64,000 nucleotides of DNA from Penicillus capitatus (taxonomy: Eukaryota; Plantae; Chlorophyta). The translations under genes and the position numbers were made by a program. The stretch spans positions 542,301 through 606,300 of the forward strand of contig OZ287704.1 in assembly GCA_965649825.1 (NCBI GenBank). Reading direction: 5' to 3'. Each line of letters starts with the position of its first letter. Position 1 is the stretch's first letter. Positions 10,587 through 21,640 of the stretch are shown here, in pieces. A model generated the notes under the pieces. The model did no database searches, was not told the DNA's origin, and worked only from the letters and a program-made list of their open reading frames with translations.

Positions 10587-10611
10587 AAAAAGAGCCTGTT
10601 TTTCAGCAGGC
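10577..10611 (+). promoter_or_regulatory. Putative -1 programmed ribosomal frameshift signal
   Basis: Slippery heptamer A AAA AAC (10577-10583) in the Gag frame directly before TGA; the -1 frame is stop-free from 10580 to the pol ATG at 10877; small stem GCCTG/CAGGC at 10594-10611. Confidence 0.8.
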
Positions 10612-13609
10612 GATAAAAAAACAAAGAGAAAGGGGGGAAGAAAAAAGATTAGTTCTCATTAATCATAATTGGAGCAAAAAGGGAAAAAGGGAACAAAGAG
10701 AAAGCTCAAGTGCTGGTTGTCTCCAAGTCACTGAGGAGATCAAACCGGAATTTTTTCCTTTTAAGAAGAATGGGTGGATTATCTTTGTAGCTGGGAGGAG
10801 TATAGTCTTAGGGCCTTTTCGGAGTAGGAAGATTATCTTACCTTTTAGGTTTTCTGGAGACACAGAATGGAAAGCAATGTTTGACTGTACACAGAATAAA
10901 GGAATATTCTGCCGATGCAAGATTTATACAAATGGGCAGATAAGTATAGTAATTTACAACCAAACTGACGTTCCACAGCATATCACGAGCAAAATGAAAT
11001 TAATTTGTGGAAAGGCGGATATAGATTGGATTGTCGATGTGAACGGAGTGAAGCGTGCATTAAGGAACGATACGAAGAGAATACAAATGGTGACGAGTTC
11101 AGTAGACAAGCACGACACGTTGAGTCTAGTACAGAGGTTAAAGGAAATGTTTCCAAATGTGTTCTGTGACAAGGTTAGATCAGCCAATGGGAATTTACTG
11201 CGTATTAGGGTTAGCGAAAGAGATTTATTATGGAATTATGAACCAAAACCTTGTTGGCGAGAGAATTATTTTTCAGATTTGACCGAAAAGGAGATTACCG
11301 AAGAGATAGAGTCGTTACTTGAAGAAGAAATCATTCGAGTGTTATCCACGGATGAAGCAATCCATGCAGTCGTGGCACCTTTGAATTTTTTGAGAAAGCC
11401 AAATGGAAAAATAAGACCGACTATTGACTTCAGAGATATCAACACATATCTAAAGGGGAGTCAGGGTGGCACAATAACCCCGGTAGCTGACGCAATTAGT
11501 AAAATCGATCCTAGTTGGACTGTTTTTAATATTGTTGACGTGGTTCATGGGTACGGTTCAATACCAATAGACGATAGGCTGTCTAAGTTTTTTGCATTGC
11601 ATTGGAAGGGGATAACATATGGTTTCCGTAGACTTCCGCAGGGTGTTAACATAAGTCCGGAGCTCTTTAATAATAGAATGACTCACATTCTGCAAGGACT
11701 AGACGTGATAAGATATTTTGACGATATATTAGTGGGTGGAGAAACAGTGAATGATCTCTTTGAAAAGACTAGGCTGCTATTACAGCGTTTTGATGAATAT
11801 GGTCTGACTATTAACATACAAAAATGTGATTGGTTCAAGAGCTCCGTGAGTTTTTTGGGTACAGAACTGAATAATGGCACCATCAACCCATACCACAAGC
11901 TGCAAGCCATTTTACAGAAGTTGCCAAGGATAGAATCGCGCCATGACGTTCAAAGAGCAGTGGGGCTGTGTCAACAAGTCGCACCATATTGCTACAAATA
12001 CACGTATGTCATGAATGAGCTGAAGCCGTTTCTTAAAAGAGAAAATAATGATTACAAACAAGCGAATAAGATTTTTCAAGAGACAGTAACCGATTTGTGT
12101 ATTAATGCATACAGATTGACACTACAGAGGGTGGGTCCGTTTCATTTGTACACCGATTGGTGTGGAAACCCTTTGAATCAGTTTGGATTTGTTCTGTTCA
12201 ATTCAGCTTTGCAGCCATGTGTTTTTGGTTCGTTTGCTACAAGCGAGAAGGTAGGAAGTTTTTTGGGGGAATTGATGGGGATCGTGGAAGCTTTAAAGCA
12301 ATGTTTTTACATGACAAAGGGATTTGCTGTTACCGTATATTCGGATAACCAGGCCACAGTAGAGTGGCTGAAGGAGCCGACATTTTTGCACAAATTCAAG
12401 GATTTAAGGATACAACGACAATATAGTTGGCTGAGGCATCATTTTTCACTAGACAGACTGAATTTCCGTTTCGTAGAAGGGAAGGACAATGCGATCGCAG
12501 ATGTACTCAGTCGATGGAAGGTGGCTAATCCAGTGGCCTCGGAAATCAACCAAAAACACCAGGGCTACCAAGTTTGTACCCTCGGGGTACAACAAGAAAC
12601 ACAAAGTTGGCGTAGGGAAGCGATTGCTCGAGCACACAAGGGCCACTTTGGAATTAGAAAGACGTGGTTGAATTTGAGATCGGATGGGTTCAGGTGGGAA
12701 AATGATTACGAAGACGTCAAAAGTTTTGTTCAGACCTGTGATGTTTGCCAGCAATTTAGACAATTGCAACACAACGTAGATTTAGGGATGATAGATAGTC
12801 CAACACCGAACCATACCTTGTGTTTAGATTTCATCGGTCCGTTACCTAGAGGAAGGCATGGGTATCGTTTTATTGCAACCGGTATAGATGCATTTACCAA
12901 GTTTGGCACGGCGCAAGCATCTAAAACGTGTTCTACTACTCAGATTATAAAGCTGCTGAAGAACTGGATTGCATTGAATGGCCCACCGGAACGTATTCTG
13001 TGTGACAATGGAGCAGCATTCATCTCAAAAGAGTTTGAGAGTTTCTGTGAACGACACGGCGTTGACATCATTCACACACCGGCGTATGCACATAAAAGCG
13101 CCGGCACAATTGAAGCGTACAACAAGAACTTCGTCAATCGTCTAAAGAGAATTTGGAAAGAGAAAAGAGGAGACTGGACCGAACACATCAACGAATGTGT
13201 GCAAGAAATAAATCGAGCAGTGCATTGCACTACTCTTTTCTGCCCAAGATATCTCCTTAAAGGAATTCACAGAAGTGGCAGACTAGCCAATGATGAGCAA
13301 TTAGCAAAAGATCGGAAACTGGCTTACGAGAGAATCAAAAGAGCACACGAGCAGTCTGCGAAGAGATATGCAAAGAACGTCAAAGATGTTCCTATTTACG
13401 AGGGCATGGAAGTATCTTGGTACAACTCCAAATTAGCTGATCGCTTAGACTCTAAGCTCTATTCTAAGTGGGTTTCTCCCTGTGTTTTGACAAAGAAACG
13501 TAGTGAACATCGTTGGGATATCGAACTGCCTGACGGGTCTTACCTCTATAACGTACATCGAGATTTTCTTCAACCATTTCGGCGAAAGATAGGTGGGCCC
13601 ATGTTCTGA
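10580..13609 (+). CDS. pol: Pol (RT, RNase H, integrase) in the -1 frame, with a dUTPase-like N-terminal spacer
   Basis: RT: FLRKPNGKIRPTIDFRDIN, LPQG, YFDDILV; RH: LYTDWC, ELMGIVEAL, YSDNQA, GKDNAIADVLSR; IN: HKGHFG...CDVC, LDFIGPLP, CDNGAAF, GTIEAYNK, KWVSP. The stop codon lies inside the 3' LTR. Confidence 0.95.
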   Translation, partial: KLKKEPVFQQAIKKQRERGEEKRLVLINHNWSKKGKREQRESSSAGCLQVTEEIKPEFFPFKKNGWIIFVAGRSIVLGPFRSRKIILPFRFSGDTEWKAMFDCTQNKGIFCRCKIYTNGQISIVIYNQTDVPQHITSKMKLICGKADIDWIVDVNGVKRALRNDTKRIQMVTSSVDKHDTLSLVQRLKEMFPNVFCDKVRSANGNLLRIRVSERDLLWNYEPKPCWRENYFSDLTEKEITEEIESLLEEEIIRVLSTDEAIHAVVAPLNFLRKPNGKIRPTIDFRDINTYLKGSQGGTITPVADAISKIDPSWTVFNIVDVVHGYGSIPIDDRLSKFFALHWKGITYGFRRLPQGVNISPELFNNRMTHILQGLDVIRYFDDILVGGETVNDLFEKTRLLLQRFDEYGLTINIQKCDWFKSSVSFLGTELNNGTINPYHKLQAILQKLPRIESRHDVQRAVGLCQQVAPYCYKYTYVMNELKPFLKRENNDYKQANKIFQETVTDLCINAYRLTLQRVGPFHLYTDWCGNPLNQFGFVLFNSALQPCVFGSFATSEKVGSFLGELMGIVEALKQCFYMTKGFAVTVYSDNQATVEWLKEPTFLHKFKDLRIQRQYSWLRHHFSLDRLNFRFVEGKDNAIADVLSRWKVANPVASEINQKHQGYQVCTLGVQQETQSWRREAIARAHKGHFGIRKTWLNLRSDGFRWENDYEDVKSFVQTCDVCQQFRQLQHNVDLGMIDSPTPNHTLCLDFIGPLPRGRHGYRFIATGIDAFTKFGTAQASKTCSTTQIIKLLKNWIALNGPPERILCDNGAAFISKEFESFCERHGVDIIHTPAYAHKSAGTIEAYNKNFVNRLKRIWKEKRGDWTEHINECVQEINRAVHCTTLFCPRYLLKGIHRSGRLANDEQLAKDRKLAYERIKRAHEQSAKRYAKNVKDVPIYEGMEVSWYNSKLADRLDSKLYSKWVSPCVLTKKRSEHRWDIELPDGSYLYNVHRDFLQPFRRKIGGPMF
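13584..13597 (+). promoter_or_regulatory. Probable polypurine tract
   Basis: GAAAGATAGGTGGG, 4 nt upstream of the 3' LTR. Confidence 0.5.
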
Positions 13610-13758
13610 TGGAATACGATGAGAATAATCTAGAAAAAATGAACATTAAAACGGACGTGCTGGATCACAGGATTGTAACTGCGATCTGTACGTTTCACAA
13701 ACGAACAGCCTACCGCGAACGCGCATTCCTTTACCCTTTCGAGCGAATTCTCACAACA
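13602..13758 (+). repeat. 3' LTR (157 bp)
   Basis: Same sequence as 7308-7464 by eye, followed by the TSD GCAG. Confidence 0.97.
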
Positions 13759-13762
13759 GCAG

Positions 13763-14234
13763 TCGTTGCGTGTCTTTACTTTATCTCGACAAGCATTGGC
13801 GAATCCTGCCTTCTTGCTTTCAAACTCCTCTTGCTCTTCTTTGAGTTCCTTTTCTCCATAGACAGACATAGCAGAGATTCTCTGGATACGTGATCGAATT
13901 CCAACTGACTCTCAACTAAGATCTAGATTCTTTTGGGCGAGAGCCTCCCCGGTAAAGTTCACCGCGGCCTCTATATCCAGCAACCCTTGATTCCGGACTT
14001 CAAGCTCATTCTTGAAGCGGAGAACACGTAGTCAATCGCGTCTGTGAACTCCGATTGCTTTTTTAGCCTGTTAACATGTGCTCGGGGTTCTTCGTGCATG
14101 ATATTCTTATAGATGGTGTAAGTGTCATCGAACGCTTCAGTGCGTGATGAGTGCTTACTGCGGTGCGCGGAACAATGCTCGCTCCTAAATCGTTTATTTC
14201 CAGAAACACGATATCTGCTGCGAGGAACGAACAC
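13763..14234 (-). pseudogene. Degraded coiled-coil-like coding remnant interrupted by the retrotransposon (continues below 7303)
   Basis: Joining the flanks gives ...EKELKEEQEEFESKKAGFANACRDKVKTRNDC|IRRRLIFLDVQKRRLDETQSI* with several in-frame TGA; no family recognised. Confidence 0.3.
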
Positions 14235-14969
14235 ACAGCCGAGTGTTCATCCATTCGTGCGCGGTGTCGAAGTGACGGGACGTTTGCCTCAGTCATGTCT
14301 CTTGTCGCGGTAACCTCAATGTGGGGACATGAGATCTCGTCTCCGTCTCAGAATGCTGAAACCCTCCAAAGCGAGCATTCAGACGCCGTGCTCTTCGTTC
14401 CAAAAGTTCTGCATTTAACTGATGAAGATCCTGTGCAAAGAAAAATTGAGTTGTGATCAGATTTAAGAGTGTGCGATATCTTCAATGATCAACGCTGTCT
14501 TCTTCTACTTTTTGTAAAGCTGCAGAATCTTATCTGTGCGGTCTGCGAACTGACAGCGGCGTTTTCTGAACGAAGAGGACTGTGAAGAAATTGTACATTT
14601 CTACACGGGTTTCCGTGTTCCACATGGCGAGTTTATGTTCACCACGACACGACTGACGTTTTGTGACCTTTGCAGTTTCACCTGTACTAGTCGTCGGGAC
14701 AAGATTCGGAAAATAATCTATTCCCCTGCTTCTTGCAGACTGCTCTGCCGATTCCCGTTTCTTTTTCCATATCAAATAGTAAACCGTACTTAAGGAGGAC
14801 TACTTTCTTTGTCTCCTATTGTGACGTCGAACGGAAAGTGATACGTTTCTAGGATGACACGATTGGCACTCGGAGACGTCTCGCGTGTCCTTTGAGTCAG
14901 TCAGTACGGTCGACGCGATCCAACACAGGTGAGGAAGCAGAATGCGTGAATGAAATTAATGCTGATCGT

Positions 14970-17445
14970 TTAATCTGGCCCCAGTTTGTCCAGAAGAGTG
15001 ACCTTGATGATGAGGCTTAACCAACCGTTCTTCACAAAACCGAGTTTTTCGTCCTCCACTTCGAGACAACTCAGCGACCAATTGAGATGTTGACCGCGCT
15101 CTGGAGAAATCACCAGCTCCTCTACATGAGATCTGTCAGTGGACCGAGGTAGCCGGTGGCGTATTACCTTGAACACTTTCGTCGTTTGGTTGTGTGTGCC
15201 TGACAACGCGGAGTTCGACAAGGATACGTATCCTCTCTTTTGACCAGTTGCCAACGGTCAGTTTCGTACTCTTCGTTTTCGAATCGGTATCGGGAGACCG
15301 AAGTTCCAACGCTCTGCTCAATGCAAACAGCTCAAGAGCTAAAAGTCGAAGAGATAAGGGCGAGTAGGTAATGCTTACATGGGGATGTCATTGATCCAGA
15401 ATTTCTCTGGAATCATGCAACCTGGGTTCAACTGTGCGTATCTCACTCTCCACTAGAACACAACTTCAGTCCCTGGAAGAGATGAGGAGGCCAATCATGC
15501 TGTGCAATTGGCAGTCTTTCCGTCAATGGCATAACAAAAGTTTTCGTTGTCTTCAAGACGAAGCCTCAGATTCAAGCGGACAAGGAAGAAATCGTGTTTC
15601 AGGAACCCAGAGGACGAGTCCATGAGGTCCTTGACGGTGGTGCACAAAGTAGACTTCCCGATGAAGCTTTCAGGGTGTATAATGAAACGGTAATCTTTAG
15701 CAGTCAAATCGGCACGTCAATGCTCGAAGAATGTGCAAAAACGATTGCTTACTGCAGGTCTTGTTCTTTGTTGCGTCTTTGAAGTTAACGACCTTCGTTG
15801 TGGAATGAACCCAAGCCTCCGGCCCCTGCGTAGCACCAATAGAGAGTCCGATGTCTGCATTTTCTTCTCTCTTGATGTCGAACTCCCTGGTTGGCAGCAT
15901 GACAGTGTGGGATGTGACATGACAGAATCGCCTACCATGTGCGGTCGTCCATCACAAAAGATTTAGAGAACAGTCCCTTCGGATTCTCCAACAGAGACCG
16001 GTGCACACAGCACTGGGAAAGACTACCAGTTTGCGATGAGAAGGGAAGCAGGCTGAATTACCTCGTAGTAGGCGTACCACTTAGACTTGGCGAGCAGATA
16101 GGCATGCTCAACGCCGTTATCGACACCAGTACCCTCTGCATTTCAAGCACATCTCAGAAAGAGCGGAGCAGAAAGCAGACATCGACCTTCGATCTCTACG
16201 CTCATCCTGTTGTCGATCTCCAGAGAGCTTCCTTCTTTCTCTTCCACCTCTCTTCTTTGGCGAAGTATCTCCAGCGCGAACTGTCTGCAGCTCATGAAAG
16301 AGATCCTTGCGCACAGCGTGATCCAACCATCTTGCACGAAGCCACTTGTCTTGTCTTCAAGCTCGCTTTTCTTTGCGAGGTGGATCCAGTTTGTCTGGGA
16401 TCCCGGGCCCCGCAAATAGAGCATCTCTGCGAGCAAAACAGGACTCATCAGAGCGAGAGAGAGGCAGAAAATGGTATCACCAAGAGAAGAGCTGGCTCCA
16501 GTGACTTCGCGGTTCAGGATAGAGCACAACAAGCGTCCGTAGAGGGGACTGCCTCCCGTGTGTTGCATCGACAGATCCAGGTCTGTCGAATGAGAATTCG
16601 ATCCATGCGGTCGGATTTCTAGGCTCCTGTGTGACCAACCGTCAAACAAGAGTAACAATTGCGAGTAACGAGTATCATACAGTGTGCAGCCGCCTGTGTC
16701 AAAGTCGTCTGTCGTTAGAGTAAATGGGCTCATCTGTTTGAGGTGTCTCAGCTTCCACTGACGTACACATAACCTGTTCCGAAAAGAGAGAGGCAAGGAG
16801 GAGAGACAACCTCGCACACAGCGTCCCCTCCCTGGAAGGAGAGCTTCCAAAGCTCGCTCTCCTGACATCGGATTCTCAGTTCCAGGCGCAGCGTGAAGTA
16901 GTCGCCGTTAAGGAAACGTGTGCATCGATTCTTGACGTCATCGATCCTCGCCATGTCACGAATTCCGTGCCGACAATCGAACGGACGGAAGACACAAGAG
17001 ACATCTAGACAAGGAATAGATACAGTTCAGGAACTTGGAGACGTCAGTAAATCCTCTTTTGGCAACTTTCGCCGACGTTTCGCTTCTCGTCCTCCCAGTT
17101 GACGAGAGTCAGAGAGAAGTAAGCCTTGACCAGTTTTCCATTCCGAGAACAGAGACAAGCTCTGAGGTTCCCTGTCGTCAAGTTCTCGACTTCGATGCAC
17201 CTTCATCACAGAAGACGAACACGAGTACTCTGAGATGTCCACCGTGTCCTCCCTTACCAATGATGACCATTGACTTCGAAGTTACACGAAAACATTCTCG
17301 TGTTCTTCTTCTCCAAAAAAGAGTGATGCACACGCCACTAGCAGAATGCATCACGTAACGATTTCAACGAGTCTGGCGACCTTACTTCGTAAGTCGCGTA
17401 CCACGCATGCTTCTTCAACGTATAAGCGTGAGGGATGCCTTTCGT
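14970..17445 (-). pseudogene. Multi-MATH/TRAF domain gene, copy 1 (about 4 MATH repeats); frameshift in last exon
   Basis: NFEVNGHHW, CTRFLNGDYFTLRLELRI, TSGFVQDGWITLCARI, SSGFLKHDFFLVRL and LGFVKNGWLSLIIKV are MATH-type motifs; a 1-nt insertion near 15155 relative to copy 2 splits the last exon (ORFs 15136-15321 and 14970-15254). Confidence 0.7.
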
Positions 17446-19047
17446 AACCTGGTTTCCCTCTGAGGGCGACTTCAGTTCACGCGCCGTGCAAACGTGGCAC
17501 ACCTTCAGCGTGTATCGTCGTTCCATCCGATAGTTTTTTAATGTTATGCGCTCCGAGGTTAGCGTCGCATTTATAGCCGCACGGCTGAACGCTGAGCCCG
17601 TCGTTGACGCACGGCAACGGCCATTCTTGTTTGTCTCGCTCCATTCTGCTAAATAATAAACAGTGTGGCGGCGTTCTCAGATGACACGGAAAAAGGAAGT
17701 CGAAAGAAAGCTTAATACAGCGCGACTCTTTGACTTCCCCTTTTATGGAGCTGGAGTGGGCATCCATTTATCACGTCTGTGTCTCTTGAGCTGTAATCCG
17801 ACACGGAAAAATGGCGACACGTAGAGTCTAATGGCAGCTGTGCGCAATGCGCGGTCTTCTAGATGTGTCTCACTGCGCAACGAAGGCGCGAGATTAGGAC
17901 GTGGCAGTTGGCCTTGAGCAAATCTTGACGAACGACAGTAAAATTAGCGCTATCCGTGTCTATAGCATTGAAGAGATCGGCCTTCACGTCGGAACCGCTT
18001 TTTCTGGATCACGGCAGCCGTCGACTGTTCTTTAAAACAGAGATCCATCTGCATTCTGCGCCTTTGATCAGAGCTGAGAGAATAGGAGATGTACTTTTCA
18101 GCTATGTTGGTTCGCTGAATGCATGCGGAGTCTTGTGTTTCCTGCATGCTTTGGGTGAGAGGTATGGCATTCATTGCGTTGGACAGACCGCGGTTGACTC
18201 TACAGATGGTGTCCGACAATTGCTCACCTCTTCCATCTTGCAGATGAAGCTTTTGAAGATTGAACTGTTACAAATCATTAGAAGAGGTTCTATGACATAT
18301 CAGATGACATATACATTCAACAATGAGTTACTGCTTTCTTTCACGAATGATTTCGAAGCGAAGCAAAGCCGAGCTTTTATGTGACGAACAGTGCATGCAG
18401 AGATTCCGTGGTGTTGCCTGCGACTCGTGAGGGGAGGCAGAACATCCGATCGACAAGACAGCTCAAACTCTGCCGCTGCCGGGACCGCCGTCTTAATGAT
18501 CCTTTGTGCAGGCTTCTCTGACTTCAACAGATAGACCATGCCATGCAGTGGGGTGAAATGGGGCTGGGAAGGTTTGCCTAGTCATCTGTAGAAGTGGGTT
18601 TGAATCCAGAACTGCAGAACGAAGACTCGACTAACCAAACGACTGCGTCACCACATAATGCAGAAAAACGCAATATCCCTTAGCGACATAAAGACAAGCG
18701 TACATCAAGACTCGAAACAATCATTGCGCGGTACATGAGCATCCAAACAATCGTCATCAGGGCCACAATGGATCGGCTCTGTTTTGGTAGACAGCAATGT
18801 AAATCGAGAGGAAGAGAATAACCCGTGTGCACTTTGCCTCGTCGAGATCAGAGTACTGAAAGCCAAGACGAAATATGACACAACCGAAAAGCTGCAGCTG
18901 ATCATTTGTGCAACTTACTTATCGCATCAGTCCACGCACTGATCATCTCTGCCATTTATGCAAGAACTGCATAGAAGGCTGAAGGTTAGCTTATCACAAA
19001 AGGCTATGACTGCAGTTTTCTACTACACTGTGAGGTAAGCCATACGC

Positions 19048-19290
19048 TTACAAGATCTCAAAGTTCTTGTGGACCAGATGGCGCCACTCTCTGTCCGCTT
19101 TTGCTTGAAAAAACGAACATACTTCGTCATCTGTAGGAACTGGGCTTCTACTTGACCTGCTAAACTTACTCTTCTTGTTGATCTCGGCAATATGCTCTTT
19201 TAAACTCGAGAGAGGCTTCCTGTATACTTTATCGACTCCCTGTACTTGCTCGTTCGCTTTTTTGAAGATGGCAGGTGTGAACTTCAATTC
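19048..19290 (-). pseudogene. Partial degraded duplicate of SPF27/BCAS2 (two exons plus intron remnant)
   Basis: KFTPAIFKKANEQVQGVDKVYRKPLSSLKEHIAEINKKSK...DREWRHLVHKNFEIL* aligns with KFAPAVWKKANEQSQRVDDEYRNALSSSKEQIAEVNKKRK...DREWHHLIRKNFEILQ at 42.6-42.9 kb. Confidence 0.85.
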
Positions 19291-20530
19291 AAGTACCGGA
19301 TTCAGTGTTATGCTTCAGCCGGGACACTGTCCTCGCAACGAACTGTAAACATACATCTCGAGAATGCAGACCTCAGAATGAAGTTGTCGACTGCCGCCGG
19401 ATCTATAATTCATGTTTCCAGATAGAGATTTCTACAATCCTTAGTTTGTCGTTTTCTAGGTATCTTTTTCGATGCGTTAAAACCGCTGCCAAAGTTACCC
19501 GTTCAATTGCTGGCACTCGATTACTGTTTATCATCAACATAGAAGAGGAGAAAGGATGCGCCACGTTGGCATCTCCGAGACTTCGTGACTTATGTGTTTC
19601 AGCAACTGCTGAGACCATCGAAGATGAAGCCATCTATTCTTCGTTTCCACCGGTAGCGTTTGGTGTTGCGTTGAAAACGACATTGATGAGAGTCTTCTGC
19701 AAAGAAGCTGCTAAGCGAAGCGTTCATCGTTTCGATCGCTGTGCGGACCAATTGATCTTCGGCGTTTGCGTGCGACTGCGAACTTTTCTATGCGGCAGCC
19801 AACGCAGAAAAGATTGCCTTACCGAGATGAGCCCATTGACGAATAAGGGTCCGTTTAAAAAACTGCATTTCATGGCATGTCAGCTCTGTGTAAAGACAGG
19901 ATTGTTCGGAAGTAGGACATCCGTGGCTTACGTATCCACGCGAGAGACAACAGAATAGCCGCGTTACGATGCCGAAAACGATCGAGATGCTCTTAACACC
20001 GTGGCTTTCGTGCGTGTCTATTGAATCTGTCTCTGTCTGTGTTTCTTCGTGACGTGACGATGCGCAGTGAGTGAGTGGCCTTCCTTTAGCCAGCACTCTG
20101 TACAATGCGCGTTAGGAGAGCGAGTTCGTCCTATGGCAGATCGAAGTCTGAGACTGAGTCGACAGACGCTTGGTTAGCCACTGTCTTTCCGATTTGCGGT
20201 GTGGAATGGGCTCGGGCGTTTTCCAAAGGCCGCTCTGAATGCAGCGTTGCAATAGGAAACTGCCACACGGGAGAACCGTTGTTCTCCGTTATCGACTGCA
20301 CGTGGAGCGATGATTTCCAGCATCTATGGCAACACCTAGAATGCCTAGTTTAATAAAAATTGTGTTCGTGCAACAGCCTCTCGACTCTAAGGAGGGCTGT
20401 TGATAAAGTGTACAGCTGAATTCGTCTAATCGTTAATGAAAGCGAAAAAAAAGTTCGAATGACTGACGACCCGTCACAGCAAGGGATTCAGAAGCGTCGT
20501 TTTGCAGCGATGGCTCAATCTGCGACGCCG

Positions 20531-21640
20531 TCAAACTTGTGCAGAAGGATGTACTCGGCGATCCTTAGGAAGCTCTAGGCAGTAAAGCATAAATGAGATC
20601 AAGATGAAAACGCCGACCCAAACTGGGACGACGATGGCACATGCCGCGGTCCCGCCCCAAATAGCGACTCCTGCCAACCACGGCAGACAAAACAGCGGAG
20701 CAAGGAGCAAAAACCCGAAAAACAGGCTAAAGTACTGTCGGCAAGTATTTGCCAAGTTAGCAACAAATAAGGGAATTAACGTTTGTAAACTCATCACAAG
20801 AACGAAGCATATCACAATTTTTGTGCACCACCAAGCATTGTCAAAAAGAGAAACGGATGGCTGCCAGAAAAGAACACCGATCATTAGTAAGAAATAGAGT
20901 CCGAAGCCTCCTCCAACACCAACACCAATCTCAATGCTGCACCATCCACCGTAATGAGCAGCGCAGCGAATCATGGACCTCTCTTGGCATTCCCAGTGCT
21001 TGCAGAAAAGCTCTTCTCTTGTAAAACACTCGCAAACTGATGACGCGATCGCGTAACTGGATGAGATGTTGCCCTTCCAGCGATAGCAATACTCTCCAGT
21101 GACGTCCTCCTCCAGACATTGATAGTCCTCTTTCTTAAGTTTAATTCTGGAGCTGTCCTCTCTGCACGACCACGCTGAACAGTATCGGCGATTCGGAGCT
21201 CGCGAGTGGCATGCACACGTCAAGGTGTTGTTGCCGACACTCGCACACCTGCTATCTATTCGGCCGGCTGTGCAGTCGGTATGTTCGTCGACATCCGTCG
21301 TCGTGCACTCCCAGTGATCGCAACAGGCTCGGTCCGTTGCGGCAGTACAAGTGCAGTTGTCGTATTCCCCCCTCTTTCCATTCCCATCCTGCATCGACCA
21401 GTAGCGACAGTGACTGCTCGCGTCTTCGAGACAGTCGTAAATTTTCGCTTTCGTTTTGCTGGCGACTCGCCACAGACCGCCTCTGTAGACACCGGACTCT
21501 GTGTAATACCCGGCCACACGCTTCATGCGATTCCAGGACTGCAGACCTTCGTTCAAATCGTGAGCTGTCTCATTGGACTCTCCCAGTGCCGCAACAACGA
21601 GACAAGCCGCAGTACAGAAGTAGTATACAGATGCAATCAT
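20531..21640 (-). CDS. Intronless secreted Cys/Trp-repeat protein with C-terminal multi-pass TM region (369 aa), unknown family
   Basis: Signal peptide (YFCTAACLVVAALG); repeated CxxW(x)C and CxC motifs; 3-4 hydrophobic helices; paralog at 50947-52949. Confidence 0.8.
   Translation of the reverse strand: MIASVYYFCTAACLVVAALGESNETAHDLNEGLQSWNRMKRVAGYYTESGVYRGGLWRVASKTKAKIYDCLEDASSHCRYWSMQDGNGKRGEYDNCTCTAATDRACCDHWECTTTDVDEHTDCTAGRIDSRCASVGNNTLTCACHSRAPNRRYCSAWSCREDSSRIKLKKEDYQCLEEDVTGEYCYRWKGNISSSYAIASSVCECFTREELFCKHWECQERSMIRCAAHYGGWCSIEIGVGVGGGFGLYFLLMIGVLFWQPSVSLFDNAWWCTKIVICFVLVMSLQTLIPLFVANLANTCRQYFSLFFGFLLLAPLFCLPWLAGVAIWGGTAACAIVVPVWVGVFILISFMLYCLELPKDRRVHPSAQV

Larger units (their letters stand above)
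7308..13758 (+). mobile_element. Full-length Ty3/Gypsy (Metaviridae) LTR retrotransposon, recent insertion
   Basis: Two 157-bp LTRs (TGTTCTGA...TCACAACA), identical by eye; 4-bp TSD GCAG (7304-7307, 13759-13762); PBS; domain order PR-RT-RH-IN; both ORFs intact. Confidence 0.97.

Noticed and set aside
13763-14234. Stop-codon reassignment suggested by in-frame TGA/TAG in gene remnants (here and at 32515-32535)
   Set aside because: Intact genes end at expected positions with TAG (trigger factor, RCC1-1), TAA (STE24, RCC1-2) and TGA (SPF27, gag), so the standard code fits and the remnants are pseudogenes.
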